From contig CAVRGP010000002.1 of assembly GCA_963720755.1 (NCBI GenBank), forward strand, positions 160,001 through 224,000: a stretch of DNA of 64,000 nt. Reading direction: 5' to 3'. The position numbers and the translations under genes are program-made. The number at the start of each line of letters is the position of its first letter. Positions within the stretch are counted from its first letter, which is position 1. Positions 62,829 through 64,000 of the stretch are shown here, one piece after another. Source of the DNA: an uncultured Chloroflexia bacterium (GTDB taxonomy: Bacteria > Chloroflexota > Limnocylindria > Limnocylindrales > CSP1-4). Below the pieces are notes generated by a model that worked only from the letters and a program-made list of their open reading frames with translations, was not told where the DNA came from and did not search any database.

Positions 62829-64000
62829 TCGGCGGTCGTCGCCTCCTGGCCGGCCGGAAGGTCGCCGATCGGCGGTCCGCCTCGAACGGCCACACACCCG
62901 CTACTTCCGCTACGCCGGGCCACGCACACTCGTCGCAAAGCCCGAGGCATCGGCGCCTCGAACGCCGTTCGGGCGGACGCTCGCGCGTGGGAAGGCGGTG
63001 CTGTTCGGTCGCCCATTGTCGATCCACGAGGAGATCAGTCAGCGCCTGAATGTCTTCACGAGCCTGTCGATCTTCGCGTCGGACAACATCAGCTCCTCGA
63101 CCTACGTGACCGAGGAGATCATGCGGGTCTCATCGTCGCCGGCGCGGGCGCCCTCGCGCTCTCCATGCCGATCACGACAGGCATCGTCATCGTGCTCGCG
63201 ATCGTGGTCACGAGTTACCGGCAGACGATCGCTGCCTATCCATCCGGCGGCGGCTCGTACATCGTCGCGAGCGACAACCTCGTGCAAGTCTCGACGGCGG
63301 TCCTGCTCGTCCTCGCTGCGAACACCTCGTTCGCCGACTTCCCTCGCCTGTCCAGCATCCTCGCGCGCGACGGGTTCCTGCCGCGGGTCTTCCAATACCG
63401 CGGCGATCGGCTGGCGCAGACGGCTCGCGATCAACGGGATCGGCGCGGTCACGACGGGAGTCGTTGCGGTGGAAGTTGCGTTCTCGAAGTTCCTGCTCGG
63501 CGCGTGGGTCGTCCTCATCCTCATCCCGATCCTCATCGCGATGATGCTGTTCATCCACCGGCAGTACAGCTCGTCTGCGGCCAAGCTGACCGTTCGGGCC
63601 GACATCCCGATCCCGGCGCCCCGTCGCGAAGAACGTGTCGTCGTGCCCGTCCCGGGCATCGATCGGGCGGTCATCCAGGCCATCAATGTCGGGCGTTCGA
63701 TCGCCGGCGATGTCCAAGCCGTCCTGGTGTCGGACGATCCGGATGTCGCCGCGCACGTCCGGGAGCGGTGGCAGGTCCAGCTCGCGGAGGTGCCACTGGT
63801 CGTGGTCGAGTCGCCGTATCGGGCGCTCGTGGGGCCGCTGCTCGCCTATCTGGACGTGCTCGATGACTCCTGGCCACCAGACAAGGAGGCGCCGATCACG
63901 TTCGTGGTGATCCCGGAATACGTCGCCCGAAGCTGGTGGGAGCGGATCCTCTACAACCAGTCGGCGCGGCGGTTGCGGGGCGCGTTGCTCGGTCGTCGTC
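62825..64000 (+). pseudogene. KimA-like APC permease, frameshifted and internally deleted (runs off window)
   Basis: MIGGRRLLAGRK parallels the 24701-26710 N-terminus; YPSGGGSYIVASDNL is joined straight to VQVSTAVLLVLAANTSF; SPYR and PEYVARSWWE tail present; several frame changes. Confidence 0.8.

Overview
High-GC bacterial chromosome segment. Gene content and order suggest Chloroflexota, possibly Ca. Limnocylindria-like; this is an inference, not a database result. Left to right it contains: (1) a complex I operon, nuoA-B-C-D-H, then an odd half-NuoI/NuoE-N fusion and the start of a nuoF-like gene, preceded by a MidA/NDUFAF7-family methyltransferase; (2) folK, a peptidase E, an FGE-domain lipoprotein, F420-dependent G6PDH, glpX and purH; (3) a heat-shock operon, hsp20-hspR-lon-dnaJ/cbpA-clpB, with a HAIR-like palindrome over its -35 box; (4) a K+ homeostasis cluster (metallophosphoesterase, KimA-like APC permease, a collapsed second permease, USP, two TrkA); (5) rsmG, csoR with its operator, hpt, a liv ABC transporter, a NYN protein with a long disordered tail, holB and small genes. 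The standout region is 44.7-57.5 kb. It holds a PAPS supply and recycling module (cysD, cysN, cysQ, TauE, degenerate sat-cysC) next to a head-to-tail array of six sulfotransferase-like paralogues with near-identical junctions and mosaic, variable internal blocks. The window ends with csp, a class III cyclase and a frameshift-rich stretch (phzF-like, kdpD-like, kdpE and an internally deleted KimA-like gene). No rRNA, tRNA, CRISPR array or transposase was recognised.
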